From assembly GCF_003334815.1 (NCBI RefSeq), contig NZ_QOWO01000001.1: a DNA stretch of 64,000 nucleotides. One strand, given 5' to 3'. The position numbers and the translations under genes are program-made. Positions 41,243-51,960 of the stretch are shown one piece after another (within the stretch, counting starts at the first letter, position 1; the number at the start of each line of letters is the position of its first letter). Below the pieces are notes generated by a model. It did not search any database. It saw only the letters and a list, made by a program, of their open reading frames with translations, and was not told where the DNA came from. The DNA comes from Escherichia coli (GTDB taxonomy: Bacteria > Pseudomonadota > Gammaproteobacteria > Enterobacterales > Enterobacteriaceae).

Positions 41243-42219
41243 CCATTTAGCAGGGAATAATAAGAGAGGGAACTCATTTTGAAATCATTATTCAATCGGT
41301 TAACGGGAAAAGCGGTTAGCCGGACAGCTTTCGTCGAACACCTTGGTCAGGAAGTTATACAACATCATCCAAACTGGAAAGTCATGATTTCGACTGACCA
41401 CAAATTGATGCGCATTGATACTCCACTAAACAGCTATTATTGATACGCCTCCGTCGCCTGTTAGGTTTATGGTGCTTTGCCTGGGCGACGCTACGCTTAG
41501 CCCCTTACTTATTTCTGGTACCATGGGGTGAATAATCTGATTTTGTTTGACTACAAATTAATCACTCGAACCTATTTAATGCTGAGCATTGTCAATCGGT
41601 TAATTTTGCGTGCTTTAGCATTCACATCTATCCAGACGATGCAGTGAAAATTGGGTAATCCCCAGCAACCGCTGCGTAATGTCGTCTATCTTGTCGCGAT
41701 CCTGGCATCCCTACATTATTTGTGGTCTGTGAAGATTATCTCATTGCAGCCCCTCATCTTCGCAGGGCTGGCTTTTCAGCTTTTCACCTTACGTTATAAG
41801 AAGTTCCGTCGATGATGGCGCTAATTTCGTGAATTGTGCGGCTTGTTGCAAATTACACGGTGTTGAAGGTTATTTACATGTTAGCTGTTGATTATCTTCC
41901 CTGATAAGACCAGTATTTAGCTGCCAATTGCTACGAAATCGTTATAATGTGCGACCTCGTCCTCCCTGACGCAGTTTTTGCGCTGCGGAAAAGGTGACAT
42001 TGGCGCAACGAAGGTATATTTTGTTTTTTGCCGGAGGATAGCAGCAGATCGCTGCACAATGTCCGTCAAGTCTAACATTGACACTCTGGGGCAAAATAGA
42101 CCGGCGTCCCGGCCTGCTGGAATTTATCGCTATGCATACAGCTGTCGGGGCATACGCTTTACAGACGGCGGTGAAACGCCTGTCACAATCACACTAAACA
42201 AAGAGTACGGAACCCACTC

Positions 42220-42690
42220 ATGGATATTCGTAAGATTAAAAAACTGATCGAGCTGGTTGAAGAATCAGGCATCTCCGAACTGGAAATTTCTGAAGGCGAA
42301 GAGTCAGTACGCATTAGCCGTGCAGCTCCTGCCGCAAGTTTCCCTGTGATGCAACAAGCTTACGCTGCACCAATGATGCAGCAGCCAGCTCAATCTAACG
42401 CAGCCGCTCCGGCGACCGTTCCTTCCATGGAAGCGCCAGCAGCAGCGGAAATCAGTGGTCACATCGTACGTTCCCCGATGGTTGGTACTTTCTACCGCAC
42501 CCCAAGCCCGGACGCAAAAGCGTTCATCGAAGTGGGTCAGAAAGTCAACGTGGGCGATACCCTGTGCATCGTTGAAGCCATGAAAATGATGAACCAGATC
42601 GAAGCGGACAAATCCGGTACCGTGAAAGCAATTCTGGTCGAAAGTGGACAACCGGTAGAATTTGACGAGCCGCTGGTCGTCATCGAGTAA
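42220..42690 (+). CDS. accB: Biotin carboxyl carrier protein of acetyl-CoA carboxylase
   Basis: ORF track 156 aa; biotinylation motif EAMKMMN. Confidence 0.97.
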
Positions 42691-42700
42691 CGAGGCGAAC

Positions 42701-44050
42701 ATGCTGGATAAAATTGTTATTGCCAACCGCGGCGAGATTGCATTGCGTATTCTTCGTGCCTGTAAAGAACTGGGCATCAAGACTGTCGCTGTGCACTCCA
42801 GCGCGGATCGCGATCTAAAACACGTATTACTGGCAGATGAAACGGTCTGTATTGGCCCTGCTCCGTCAGTAAAAAGTTATCTGAACATCCCGGCAATCAT
42901 CAGCGCCGCTGAAATCACCGGCGCAGTAGCAATCCATCCGGGTTACGGCTTCCTCTCCGAGAACGCCAACTTTGCCGAGCAGGTTGAACGCTCCGGCTTT
43001 ATCTTCATTGGCCCGAAAGCAGAAACCATTCGCCTGATGGGCGACAAAGTATCCGCAATCGCGGCGATGAAAAAAGCGGGCGTCCCTTGCGTACCGGGTT
43101 CTGACGGCCCGCTGGGCGACGATATGGATAAAAACCGTGCCATTGCTAAACGCATTGGTTATCCGGTGATTATCAAAGCCTCCGGCGGCGGCGGCGGTCG
43201 CGGTATGCGCGTAGTGCGCGGCGACGCTGAACTGGCACAATCCATCTCCATGACCCGTGCGGAAGCGAAAGCTGCTTTCAGCAACGATATGGTTTACATG
43301 GAGAAATACCTGGAAAATCCTCGCCACGTCGAGATTCAGGTACTGGCTGACGGTCAGGGCAACGCTATCTATCTGGCGGAACGTGACTGCTCCATGCAAC
43401 GCCGCCACCAGAAAGTGGTCGAAGAAGCGCCAGCACCGGGCATTACCCCGGAACTGCGTCGCTACATCGGCGAACGTTGCGCTAAAGCGTGTGTTGATAT
43501 CGGCTATCGCGGTGCAGGTACTTTCGAGTTCCTGTTCGAAAACGGCGAGTTCTATTTCATCGAAATGAACACCCGTATTCAGGTAGAACACCCGGTTACA
43601 GAAATGATCACCGGCGTTGACCTGATCAAAGAACAGCTGCGTATCGCTGCCGGTCAACCGCTGTCGATCAAGCAAGAAGAAGTTCACGTTCGCGGCCATG
43701 CGGTGGAATGTCGTATCAACGCCGAAGATCCGAACACCTTCCTGCCAAGTCCGGGCAAAATCACCCGTTTCCACGCACCTGGCGGTTTTGGCGTACGTTG
43801 GGAGTCTCATATCTACGCGGGCTACACCGTACCGCCGTACTATGACTCAATGATCGGTAAGCTGATTTGCTACGGTGAAAACCGTGACGTGGCGATTGCC
43901 CGCATGAAGAATGCGCTGCAGGAGCTGATCATCGACGGTATCAAAACCAACGTTGATCTGCAGATCCGCATCATGAATGACGAGAACTTCCAGCATGGTG
44001 GCACTAACATCCACTATCTGGAGAAAAAACTCGGTCTTCAGGAAAAATAA
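42701..44050 (+). CDS. accC: Biotin carboxylase
   Basis: ORF track 462 aa; canonical start [15 protein letters not shown] (ATG at 42701), giving 449 aa. Confidence 0.97.
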
Positions 44051-44065
44051 GACTGCTAAAGCGTC

Positions 44066-44093
44066 AAAAGGCCGGATTTTCCGGCCTTTTTTA
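44066..44093 (+). terminator. Rho-independent terminator of accBC
   Basis: aaaaggccggattttccggcctttttt. Confidence 0.8.
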
Positions 44094-44158
44094 TTACTGG
44101 GGATCGACAACCCCCATAAGGTACAATCCCCGCTTTCTTCACCCATCAGGGACAAAAA

Positions 44159-44401
44159 ATGGACACTCGTTTTGTTCAGGCCCATAAAGAGGCGCGCTGG
44201 GCGCTGGGGCTGACCCTTTTGTATCTGGCAGTTTGGTTAGTAGCCGCTTACTTATCTGGCGTTGCCCCCGGTTTTACCGGCTTTCCGCGCTGGTTTGAGA
44301 TGGCCTGCATCCTGACGCCGCTGCTGTTTATTGGACTGTGCTGGGCGATGGTGAAATTTATCTATCGCGATATCCCACTGGAGGATGACGATGCAGCTTG
44401 A
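44159..44401 (+). CDS. yhdT: Small membrane protein (DUF997) co-transcribed with panF
   Basis: ORF track 80 aa; two hydrophobic helices; overlaps the panF start. Confidence 0.85.
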   Translation: MDTRFVQAHKEARWALGLTLLYLAVWLVAAYLSGVAPGFTGFPRWFEMACILTPLLFIGLCWAMVKFIYRDIPLEDDDAA

Positions 44402-45842
44402 AGTAATTCTACCGCTGGTCGCCTATCTGGTGGTGGTGTTCGGTATCTCGGTTTATGCGATGCGTAAACGGAGCACCGGCACCTTCCTTAATGAGTATTT
44501 CCTCGGCAGCCGCTCTATGGGCGGTATTGTGCTGGCGATGACGCTCACCGCGACCTATATCAGTGCCAGTTCGTTTATCGGCGGGCCAGGAGCTGCTTAT
44601 AAATACGGGCTGGGCTGGGTATTGCTGGCGATGATTCAGCTTCCTGCAGTCTGGCTTTCACTCGGTATTCTCGGCAAGAAGTTTGCGATTCTTGCGCGCC
44701 GCTACAATGCAGTGACGCTGAACGATATGCTGTTTGCCCGCTACCAGAGTCGTCTTCTGGTGTGGCTGGCGAGTTTGAGTTTGCTGGTTGCGTTCGTTGG
44801 TGCGATGACCGTGCAGTTTATCGGCGGTGCGCGCCTGCTGGAAACCGCGGCGGGTATTCCTTATGAAACCGGGCTGCTGATTTTTGGTATCAGCATTGCG
44901 TTATATACCGCCTTTGGTGGCTTTCGCGCCAGCGTGCTGAACGACACCATGCAAGGGCTTGTGATGCTGATTGGCACCGTTGTGCTGCTTATTGGCGTAG
45001 TACATGCCGCTGGCGGCTTAAGTAACGCAGTACAGACCTTGCAAACCATCGATCCGCAACTGGTTACGCCACAAGGCGCTGACGATATTCTGTCGCCTGC
45101 CTTTATGACGTCGTTCTGGGTACTGGTGTGTTTTGGCGTGATTGGCCTGCCGCATACTGCGGTGCGCTGTATCTCTTATAAAGACAGCAAAGCCGTACAT
45201 CGGGGGATCATCATCGGTACGATTGTGGTCGCAATTCTGATGTTCGGTATGCACCTGGCCGGAGCGTTAGGTCGGGCGGTGATCCCCGATCTCACCGTAC
45301 CGGACCTGGTGATCCCAACGTTAATGGTAAAAGTGCTGCCACCGTTTGCTGCCGGGATCTTCCTGGCTGCACCGATGGCTGCGATCATGTCGACAATTAA
45401 CGCCCAACTGCTGCAAAGTTCCGCTACGATCATTAAAGATCTCTATCTGAATATCCGTCCGGATCAAATGCAAAACGAGACGCGTCTGAAGCGGATGTCG
45501 GCGGTAATTACGTTAGTTCTCGGCGCGTTGCTGCTGCTTGCCGCCTGGAAGCCGCCAGAAATGATCATCTGGCTGAATTTGTTGGCCTTCGGTGGGCTGG
45601 AAGCCGTTTTCCTGTGGCCGCTGGTGCTGGGTCTTTACTGGGAACGCGCCAACGCCAAAGGCGCGCTAAGTGCGATGATCGTTGGCGGCGTGCTGTATGC
45701 CGTACTCGCGACGCTGAATATTCAGTACCTGGGCTTCCACCCTATCGTGCCCTCGTTACTACTAAGTTTGCTGGCTTTCCTGGTCGGAAACCGTTTCGGT
45801 ACATCCGTCCCGCAAGCTACCGTTTTGACTACTGATAAATAA
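44391..45842 (+). CDS. panF: Sodium/pantothenate symporter
   Basis: ORF track 485 aa; start taken at [12 protein letters not shown] (ATG at 44391), giving 483 aa. Confidence 0.95.
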
Positions 45843-45853
45843 AGAGTTTTGCC

Positions 45854-46735
45854 ATGCCTTGGATCCAACTGAAACTGAACACCACCGGCGCGAACGCGGA
45901 AGATCTTAGCGATGCGCTGATGGAAGCGGGTGCCGTTTCTATCACTTTTCAGGATACCCACGATACGCCAGTATTTGAACCGCTGCCGGGCGAAACGCGC
46001 CTGTGGGGCGACACCGATGTGATTGGTCTGTTCGACGCTGAAACCGATATGAACGACGTGGTGGCGATTCTGGAAAACCATCCGCTGCTCGGCGCAGGCT
46101 TCGCGCATAAAATCGAACAACTAGAAGATAAAGACTGGGAGCGCGAATGGATGGATAATTTCCACCCGATGCGCTTTGGTGAACGACTGTGGATCTGCCC
46201 TAGCTGGCGTGATGTGCCGGACGAAAACGCCGTCAACGTGATGTTAGATCCAGGGCTGGCGTTTGGTACGGGTACCCATCCAACCACCTCTCTGTGCCTG
46301 CAATGGCTCGACAGCCTCGATTTAACCGGTAAAACAGTCATCGACTTTGGCTGTGGTTCCGGCATTCTGGCGATCGCGGCGCTGAAACTGGGTGCAGCAA
46401 AAGCCATTGGTATTGATATCGATCCGCAGGCGATTCAGGCCAGCCGCGATAACGCCGAACGTAATGGCGTTTCTGACCGTCTGGAACTCTACTTACCGAA
46501 AGATCAGCCAGAAGAAATGAAAGCCGACGTGGTGGTCGCTAACATCCTTGCAGGCCCATTACGTGAACTGGCACCGTTAATCAGCGTCCTGCCGGTTTCA
46601 GGCGGTTTGCTGGGCCTTTCCGGTATTCTGGCAAGCCAGGCAGAGAGCGTTTGTGAAGCTTATGCCGATAGCTTCGCACTGGACCCGGTCGTGGAAAAAG
46701 AAGAGTGGTGCCGTATTACCGGTCGTAAGAATTAA
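45854..46735 (+). CDS. prmA: Ribosomal protein L11 methyltransferase
   Basis: ORF track 293 aa; SAM-binding motif DFGCGSGIL. Confidence 0.95.
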
Positions 46736-46989
46736 CCTTCGCATCGCCGTAGGGTGACGCGGGGCGAAGTGCGAGCAAGCTCACAAAAGGCACGTAAATT
46801 TGCCGATTATTTACGCAAATTTGCGTGCCAAAATTTTCATTCATAAAGAAAAATTGAGAACTTACTCAAATTTCTTTGAGTGTAAATTTTAGTCACTATT
46901 TTCTAATATGATGATTTTTATGAGTAATTATCGCACCACGCTCATTTTAAATGCAATTCTTTGATCCATCTCAGAGGATTGGTCAAAGT

Positions 46990-47035
46990 TTGGCCTTTCA
47001 TCTCGTGCAAAAAATGCGTAATATACGCCGCCTTG
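46990..47035 (+). promoter_or_regulatory. dusB-fis operon promoter region (-10 taatat followed by a GC-rich discriminator)
   Basis: ttcatctcgtgcaaaaaatgcgtaatatacgccgcc lies upstream of dusB; the GC-rich discriminator fits a stringently controlled promoter; assigned from memory of the fis promoter. Confidence 0.5.
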
Positions 47036-47063
47036 CAGTCACAGTATGGTCATTTCTTAACTC

Positions 47064-48029
47064 ATGCGCATCGGACAATATCAGCTCAGAAATCGCCTGA
47101 TCGCAGCGCCCATGGCTGGCATTACAGACAGACCTTTTCGGACGTTGTGCTACGAGATGGGAGCCGGATTGACAGTATCCGAGATGATGTCTTCTAACCC
47201 ACAGGTTTGGGAAAGCGACAAATCTCGTTTACGGATGGTGCACATTGATGAACCCGGTATTCGCACCGTGCAAATTGCTGGTAGCGATCCGAAAGAAATG
47301 GCAGATGCAGCACGTATTAACGTGGAAAGCGGTGCCCAGATTATTGATATCAATATGGGTTGCCCGGCTAAAAAAGTGAATCGCAAGCTCGCAGGTTCAG
47401 CCCTCTTGCAGTACCCGGATGTCGTTAAATCGATCCTTACCGAGGTCGTCAATGCAGTGGACGTTCCTGTTACCCTGAAGATTCGCACCGGCTGGGCACC
47501 GGAACACCGTAACTGCGAAGAGATTGCCCAACTGGCTGAAGACTGTGGCATTCAGGCTCTGACCATTCATGGCCGTACACGCGCCTGTTTGTTCAATGGA
47601 GAAGCTGAGTACGACAGTATTCGGGCAGTTAAGCAGAAAGTTTCCATTCCGGTTATCGCGAATGGCGACATTACTGACCCGCTTAAAGCCAGAGCTGTGC
47701 TCGACTATACAGGGGCGGATGCCCTGATGATAGGCCGCGCAGCTCAGGGAAGACCCTGGATCTTTCGGGAAATCCAGCATTATCTGGACACTGGGGAGTT
47801 GCTGCCCCCGCTGCCTTTGGCAGAGGTTAAGCGCTTGCTTTGCGCGCACGTTCGGGAACTGCATGACTTTTATGGTCCGGCAAAAGGGTACCGAATTGCA
47901 CGTAAACACGTTTCCTGGTATCTCCAGGAACACGCTCCAAATGACCAGTTTCGGCGCACATTCAACGCCATTGAGGATGCCAGCGAACAGCTGGAGGCGT
48001 TGGAGGCATACTTCGAAAATTTTGCGTAA
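47064..48029 (+). CDS. dusB: tRNA-dihydrouridine synthase B
   Basis: ORF track 321 aa; recognised DusB. Confidence 0.95.
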   Translation: MRIGQYQLRNRLIAAPMAGITDRPFRTLCYEMGAGLTVSEMMSSNPQVWESDKSRLRMVHIDEPGIRTVQIAGSDPKEMADAARINVESGAQIIDINMGCPAKKVNRKLAGSALLQYPDVVKSILTEVVNAVDVPVTLKIRTGWAPEHRNCEEIAQLAEDCGIQALTIHGRTRACLFNGEAEYDSIRAVKQKVSIPVIANGDITDPLKARAVLDYTGADALMIGRAAQGRPWIFREIQHYLDTGELLPPLPLAEVKRLLCAHVRELHDFYGPAKGYRIARKHVSWYLQEHAPNDQFRRTFNAIEDASEQLEALEAYFENFA

Positions 48030-48054
48030 ACAGAAATAAAGAGCTGACAGAACT

Positions 48055-48351
48055 ATGTTCGAACAACGCGTAAATTCTGACGTACTGACCGTTTCTACCG
48101 TTAACTCTCAGGATCAGGTAACCCAAAAACCCCTGCGTGACTCGGTTAAACAGGCACTGAAGAACTATTTTGCTCAACTGAATGGTCAGGATGTGAATGA
48201 CCTCTATGAGCTGGTACTGGCTGAAGTAGAACAGCCCCTGTTGGACATGGTGATGCAATACACCCGTGGTAACCAGACCCGTGCTGCGCTGATGATGGGC
48301 ATCAACCGTGGTACGCTGCGTAAAAAATTGAAAAAATACGGCATGAACTAA
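48055..48351 (+). CDS. fis: Nucleoid-associated protein Fis
   Basis: ORF track 98 aa; exact Fis sequence ([15 protein letters not shown]...KKYGMN). Confidence 0.98.
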
Positions 48352-48363
48352 AGTCAAGCTGTA

Positions 48364-48373
48364 ACGGCATGAA
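48364..48373. repeat. Left copy of the 10-bp direct repeat ACGGCATGAA (candidate attL core)
   Basis: Exact match to 57684-57693; 13 bp after the fis stop. Confidence 0.55.
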
Positions 48374-48375
48374 AT

Positions 48376-48408
48376 TAAAGGGGCTATTTCAGCCCCTTTA
48401 CTTTTTGT
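48376..48408 (+). terminator. Rho-independent terminator serving fis; lies inside the island boundary
   Basis: aaaggggctatttcagcccctttactttttgtt, located between the left direct repeat and the tape-measure stop. Confidence 0.75.
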
Positions 48409-48428
48409 TGCAACCGTACTGACAACCC

Positions 48429-50702
48429 TTATGGTGTTTGCGCGCCATCTATCATCATGCTTCGCTGCCTTACTGCTTGTTGCTGTCGTAGTTGCTGTAT
48501 CACCTTCCGGGCTAATGCATCTTCATTCATACCAGGTTCTGCCTTCACGCTGATGTGGTACTGGTCGTTGCTATGCACCGTAGTGCCACCAGAGCGGTTG
48601 GCCAGTGCAGGTGACGGCAGGGCAGCACCAGAGGCAGTGGTTGCTGCTGGCTGCTGTACATCGTCGCGGAATGGTGCGGTAAAGAAATCTTTGGTTTTCT
48701 GCCACGCACCACCAGCAACATCAGACACGGCGTTTTTAAACTCCAGTGCCTTGTTGGTCAGGTTGCCAATGTTGTCAGAAACCCAAATGATCTTATCAAT
48801 CAGGAACGTGATCGGTGCGGTCACAAGCTCGATGCCAGCCGCCAGGGTCTTACCGAACGTCATCCCCATTTTACCGGCCTTATCCAGTTCCTCGCCGCTG
48901 TATTTGACCGGTTCGGTCAGTGACGTGAACCAGTTGAAAGCCGTCTTAACCGCAGCGCCCACGCCATCAATGACGGGCTTCAATGGCCCCATGCGCTCAT
49001 ACAGGCGATGCAGGGCATCGCTAAGCGGTTCCAGCCCGGATTTGATACCTTCACCCACGCCACCAAAAAAAGCCTTCACACCAGCCCAATGGCGGTAAAT
49101 CTGATAACCTGCCAGCGCCAGGCCAGCTACGGCAGCACCAACGCCAGTGGAAATGAACGCCGCACCGATGGCGCGCACGCCGGTAGCCACCGCAGGCAGG
49201 CCACGAGTGCTGGCCAGAACGGCGGATGCGTTCATGCGGGCAAACAGGCTGGACACGTTCAGCAATCCGCCTTTCAGGAACGTGAACGCAAAGCCAGCGG
49301 CGAACGTCGCCACACGCAGTGCCACCAGTGCACTGGAACCAATAACCACTGCTTTGGTCACGGTAGGGTATTCGCGCGCCAGTTCGGCAACCTTGCCGAT
49401 AACCGGGCCAACGGTAGCCAGAACGCCGTTGAATGCTGGCAGCAGCACTGTGCCGATCGTGACGCCCAGGTTAGACACACGGTTGTTGAAAATCTTAAGC
49501 TGCGCCGACGTTTTGGCGGTGGCTGCCTCATATTCAGCCTGCATAGAACCGGCATATTTGGTCTTGTCTTTGACCATATCCAGATTCTTTTGGTACGTAT
49601 CAAGCTGTGTCAGCATTGGTGCGATAGCGCCAATCGATTCCTTACCAAACAGTTGCGAAAGCGTTGCCGCCTGCATGTGTTTTGGCAGCTTGCTGATCTT
49701 GGACAGGATGACGCGGATTGTTTCATCGGCGTTCAGTTGCATTGATTTTGCAACCTGCTTGGATGTGAAGCCAAGCTGTTTAAACGCTTCACGCTGTGAC
49801 TTCGTGGCGGATGCGCCAGCGGTCAGGGATAGCAGCAGGTTTTTAATACCGGTGGCCGCAATCTCATTCTGCACGCCCATACCGCGCAGCGTTGCACCCA
49901 TCGCAGCGATAGAACCGGAAGCTGCACCAGCGACGCTGCCAAGTGGCCCGATGCGCTGCGTGATTTCCAGGATGTCTTTGGCTGATGCGGCGGTGTTGTT
50001 GCCCAGGTAGTTGATCTTGTCGGCCAGAACGTTCATCTGGTCCTGCGTCATCCCGAAGGCGGCGCGCATCTCTGCCATTGCCTGGCCTGCCTGGTCGGCG
50101 CTGACGTCAAAAGCCACACCCATTTTGATGGCCGATTCAGCAAACTTGGTTAGTTCGCTGGTGGCGATGCCTGATTGAGCACCAGCGGCAACAATCTTGC
50201 CGATTTCGTTGGCTGCCATCGGCATTTTGGTTGACATATCCTGGATAGCCTGGCCCATCTTAACCAGGCCGTCAGGGGTTTCGAAGTTGGCAACCTTGCG
50301 GATATCTGCCAGCGTATCTTCAAAATCCATAGCCTGTTTGATCGGTACAGCTACCGTTGCGCCAAGTGCGACAGTCCCCAGGATTCCTTCTTTGTAGCCT
50401 TGACGCTTCGCCAGGTTGCGTTCGCGGGCATCCTCCACGCGTTTCAGGCGTTCGGTGGCAGAACGAAGGCGTTCAACCTGCCCGACAACCGTTTGATAGC
50501 GGTCCTTCATGCGGGAGAATATCGCGCTATCCTGGCCATAACGCTTCATTGCTTCATTTAACTGGCGCTGTTCGCGCGACAGCTTAGAGATTGCGCTACC
50601 AATCTCGACGGTATTTTTCTTTACAGTTCCAAATGCACCACGAAGGCTGCCGGAAACGGCCCCACCAATCGTGATTGTTGCATTTAACTTCTTGTTGGCC
50701 AT
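48429..50702 (-). CDS. Phage tail tape measure protein (TP901-family core-like)
   Basis: ORF track 757 aa; N-terminal coiled coil, Ala/Gly-rich core (GNNTAASAKDILEITQRIGPLGSVAGAASGS...), hydrophobic C-terminal segments; called on recognised family features, not a search. Confidence 0.75.
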   Translation of the reverse strand: MANKKLNATITIGGAVSGSLRGAFGTVKKNTVEIGSAISKLSREQRQLNEAMKRYGQDSAIFSRMKDRYQTVVGQVERLRSATERLKRVEDARERNLAKRQGYKEGILGTVALGATVAVPIKQAMDFEDTLADIRKVANFETPDGLVKMGQAIQDMSTKMPMAANEIGKIVAAGAQSGIATSELTKFAESAIKMGVAFDVSADQAGQAMAEMRAAFGMTQDQMNVLADKINYLGNNTAASAKDILEITQRIGPLGSVAGAASGSIAAMGATLRGMGVQNEIAATGIKNLLLSLTAGASATKSQREAFKQLGFTSKQVAKSMQLNADETIRVILSKISKLPKHMQAATLSQLFGKESIGAIAPMLTQLDTYQKNLDMVKDKTKYAGSMQAEYEAATAKTSAQLKIFNNRVSNLGVTIGTVLLPAFNGVLATVGPVIGKVAELAREYPTVTKAVVIGSSALVALRVATFAAGFAFTFLKGGLLNVSSLFARMNASAVLASTRGLPAVATGVRAIGAAFISTGVGAAVAGLALAGYQIYRHWAGVKAFFGGVGEGIKSGLEPLSDALHRLYERMGPLKPVIDGVGAAVKTAFNWFTSLTEPVKYSGEELDKAGKMGMTFGKTLAAGIELVTAPITFLIDKIIWVSDNIGNLTNKALEFKNAVSDVAGGAWQKTKDFFTAPFRDDVQQPAATTASGAALPSPALANRSGGTTVHSNDQYHISVKAEPGMNEDALARKVIQQLRQQQAVRQRSMMIDGAQTP

Positions 50703-50723
50703 AATAATTGTGCTCTCAAGGAA

Positions 50724-50930
50724 TTAATTAAGTAAATTTTCTGCAAGGGTGTGTTCACCGATTGCCCGCAAGGCGGCAGCGGCCAGTTGCAGGGCGCATT
50801 CGGTGCGGTAGTCTCGCTGTTTCTGCATTTCCTCCGCTGTGTTGCACGCCAGAACTTTTGGCAGGACCATATCCACCAGTTCAGGCCAGGGGTTTGTTCC
50901 TTCCGGTTTTGTGTGAATACGGTCCAGCAT
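50724..50930 (-). CDS. Small hypothetical protein immediately upstream of the tape measure gene (possible tail assembly chaperone)
   Basis: ORF track 68 aa; same strand and tight spacing within the operon; no recognisable motif. Confidence 0.4.
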   Translation of the reverse strand: MLDRIHTKPEGTNPWPELVDMVLPKVLACNTAEEMQKQRDYRTECALQLAAAALRAIGEHTLAENLLN

Positions 50931-50939
50931 GGTGCCCCC

Positions 50940-51257
50940 TTATGCACTCCGTACCAGGATAGCGCCGCGCTTCACCGCCTGGCGTTTGGCCCGTTCACCG
51001 GAACTGATGCGGCTGGATGGTTGCCACTTCGTGCGTCCCAGGGCGGATGCGTGGCTTTCCGCTTCGTCACGCATGATGCGGCCCGCTTCATCGGTCATGT
51101 GTTCGAATGCGTTTAAACGGTTGCGAAGGCTTGCCAGCAGGTCGGCTGCTTCGTAGCTGATAGGGTTTTTCTCTGAAATGGTTTGGAAACGCTTTGTTTC
51201 GCTAAGGATCAAACGCGCTTCTTCTTTCATTGATTCGTACAGGTCATGTTTTTTCAT
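50940..51257 (-). CDS. Hypothetical protein (possible tail assembly chaperone); start uncertain
   Basis: ORF track 149 aa (50940..51389); preferred start at the internal MKKHDLYESMKEE (ATG at 51257, ~104 aa) because the upstream extension is low-complexity. Confidence 0.4.
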   Translation of the reverse strand: MKKHDLYESMKEEARLILSETKRFQTISEKNPISYEAADLLASLRNRLNAFEHMTDEAGRIMRDEAESHASALGRTKWQPSSRISSGERAKRQAVKRGAILVRSA

Positions 51258-51471
51258 AGTATTGGCCGCTAACAATAGTTGTTGATGATTAAGTGAGTGC
51301 GCGCTTTTAGGTGACAGGTGCGGCGCAACCGGTGTGGAATTAGTGGTGGTTTTGACCGTCCAGGATGACCACCAACCTGGTTCCAGCATCCATCGTCTGA
51401 GGAACGATGAAGGTTAAATTTGGCCGGTTATTTGGGGCACAGGGAACCGGTGAAACCTGTATTCTTGGCCA

Positions 51472-51636
51472 TTATTTGCCGTTCAGCCCGCTACTCAGAA
51501 ACTTTTCAATCACCTGGCTGCGTGAAGGGCGGATGCCTGTTCTGCGTTCCAGTTTGGCTTGCTCTCTTTCGACCTGGCGCACCAGGTCAGGGGCGAGGCG
51601 TACCGTTACGTGCTGGCGTGTTTCTTGTCGTTTCAT
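51472..51636 (-). CDS. Ribbon-helix-helix (CopG/Arc-like) DNA-binding protein, 54 aa; absent from the ORF track (below length cutoff)
   Basis: Hand-translated: MKRQETRQHVTVRLAPDLVRQVEREQAKLERRTGIRPSRSQVIEKFLSSGLNGK; beta-strand then two helices typical of RHH; starts 3 nt after the upstream gene stop. Confidence 0.55.
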   Translation of the reverse strand: MKRQETRQHVTVRLAPDLVRQVEREQAKLERRTGIRPSRSQVIEKFLSSGLNGK

Positions 51637-51639
51637 GGC

Positions 51640-51960
51640 TTAGTACCTGTTCATCCAGCTTTCGCGCTTCTGTTTCGGGCGCTGCTCGCGGTAGTGACTG
51701 CGCACCAGGGAAGCGAGGTAATTCACGGCGCGTTCAATCTGGTACTGCTTAAGCTCCGGGTAAGCCTTGCGAATCCATTTTTCAGCAGCGTCATCGCTGT
51801 AGATGAATCCTGACCAGCCAACCGGCTGCACTACGATGCGCGGTGTGTTTTCATCACCGTGGCGCACATACATGGCCACACCTTCGATAGCTGCCAGGAT
51901 TTCACCCGGCAGGGCAGCGCGCTCCGCTGCCGCTTTTTTGCTGCCCCACCACATGATCAA
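51640..51960 (-). CDS. Hypothetical protein, ~105 aa, translationally coupled to the downstream RHH gene
   Basis: ORF track 106 aa; TTG or ATG start overlapping the stop of the upstream 294-aa gene. Confidence 0.45.
   Translation of the reverse strand: MIMWWGSKKAAAERAALPGEILAAIEGVAMYVRHGDENTPRIVVQPVGWSGFIYSDDAAEKWIRKAYPELKQYQIERAVNYLASLVRSHYREQRPKQKRESWMNRY

Noticed and set aside
41978-42247. 89-aa ORF in the accB leader
   Set aside because: It overlaps the accB start and RBS in another frame and has no translation signals; more likely untranslated leader.
49008-50010. Long plus-strand ORFs (245 and 287 aa) inside the tape measure gene
   Set aside because: They are antisense to a well-supported 757-aa gene and are shadow frames of its Ala/Gly-rich codons.
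50684-50947. 87-aa ORF overlapping the 68-aa gene and the tape-measure start; possible programmed-frameshift partner
   Set aside because: The Trp/Cys-rich composition is unlike a real protein and it lies in an alternative frame of the better-supported 68-aa ORF. I found no slippery sequence to support a frameshift fusion.
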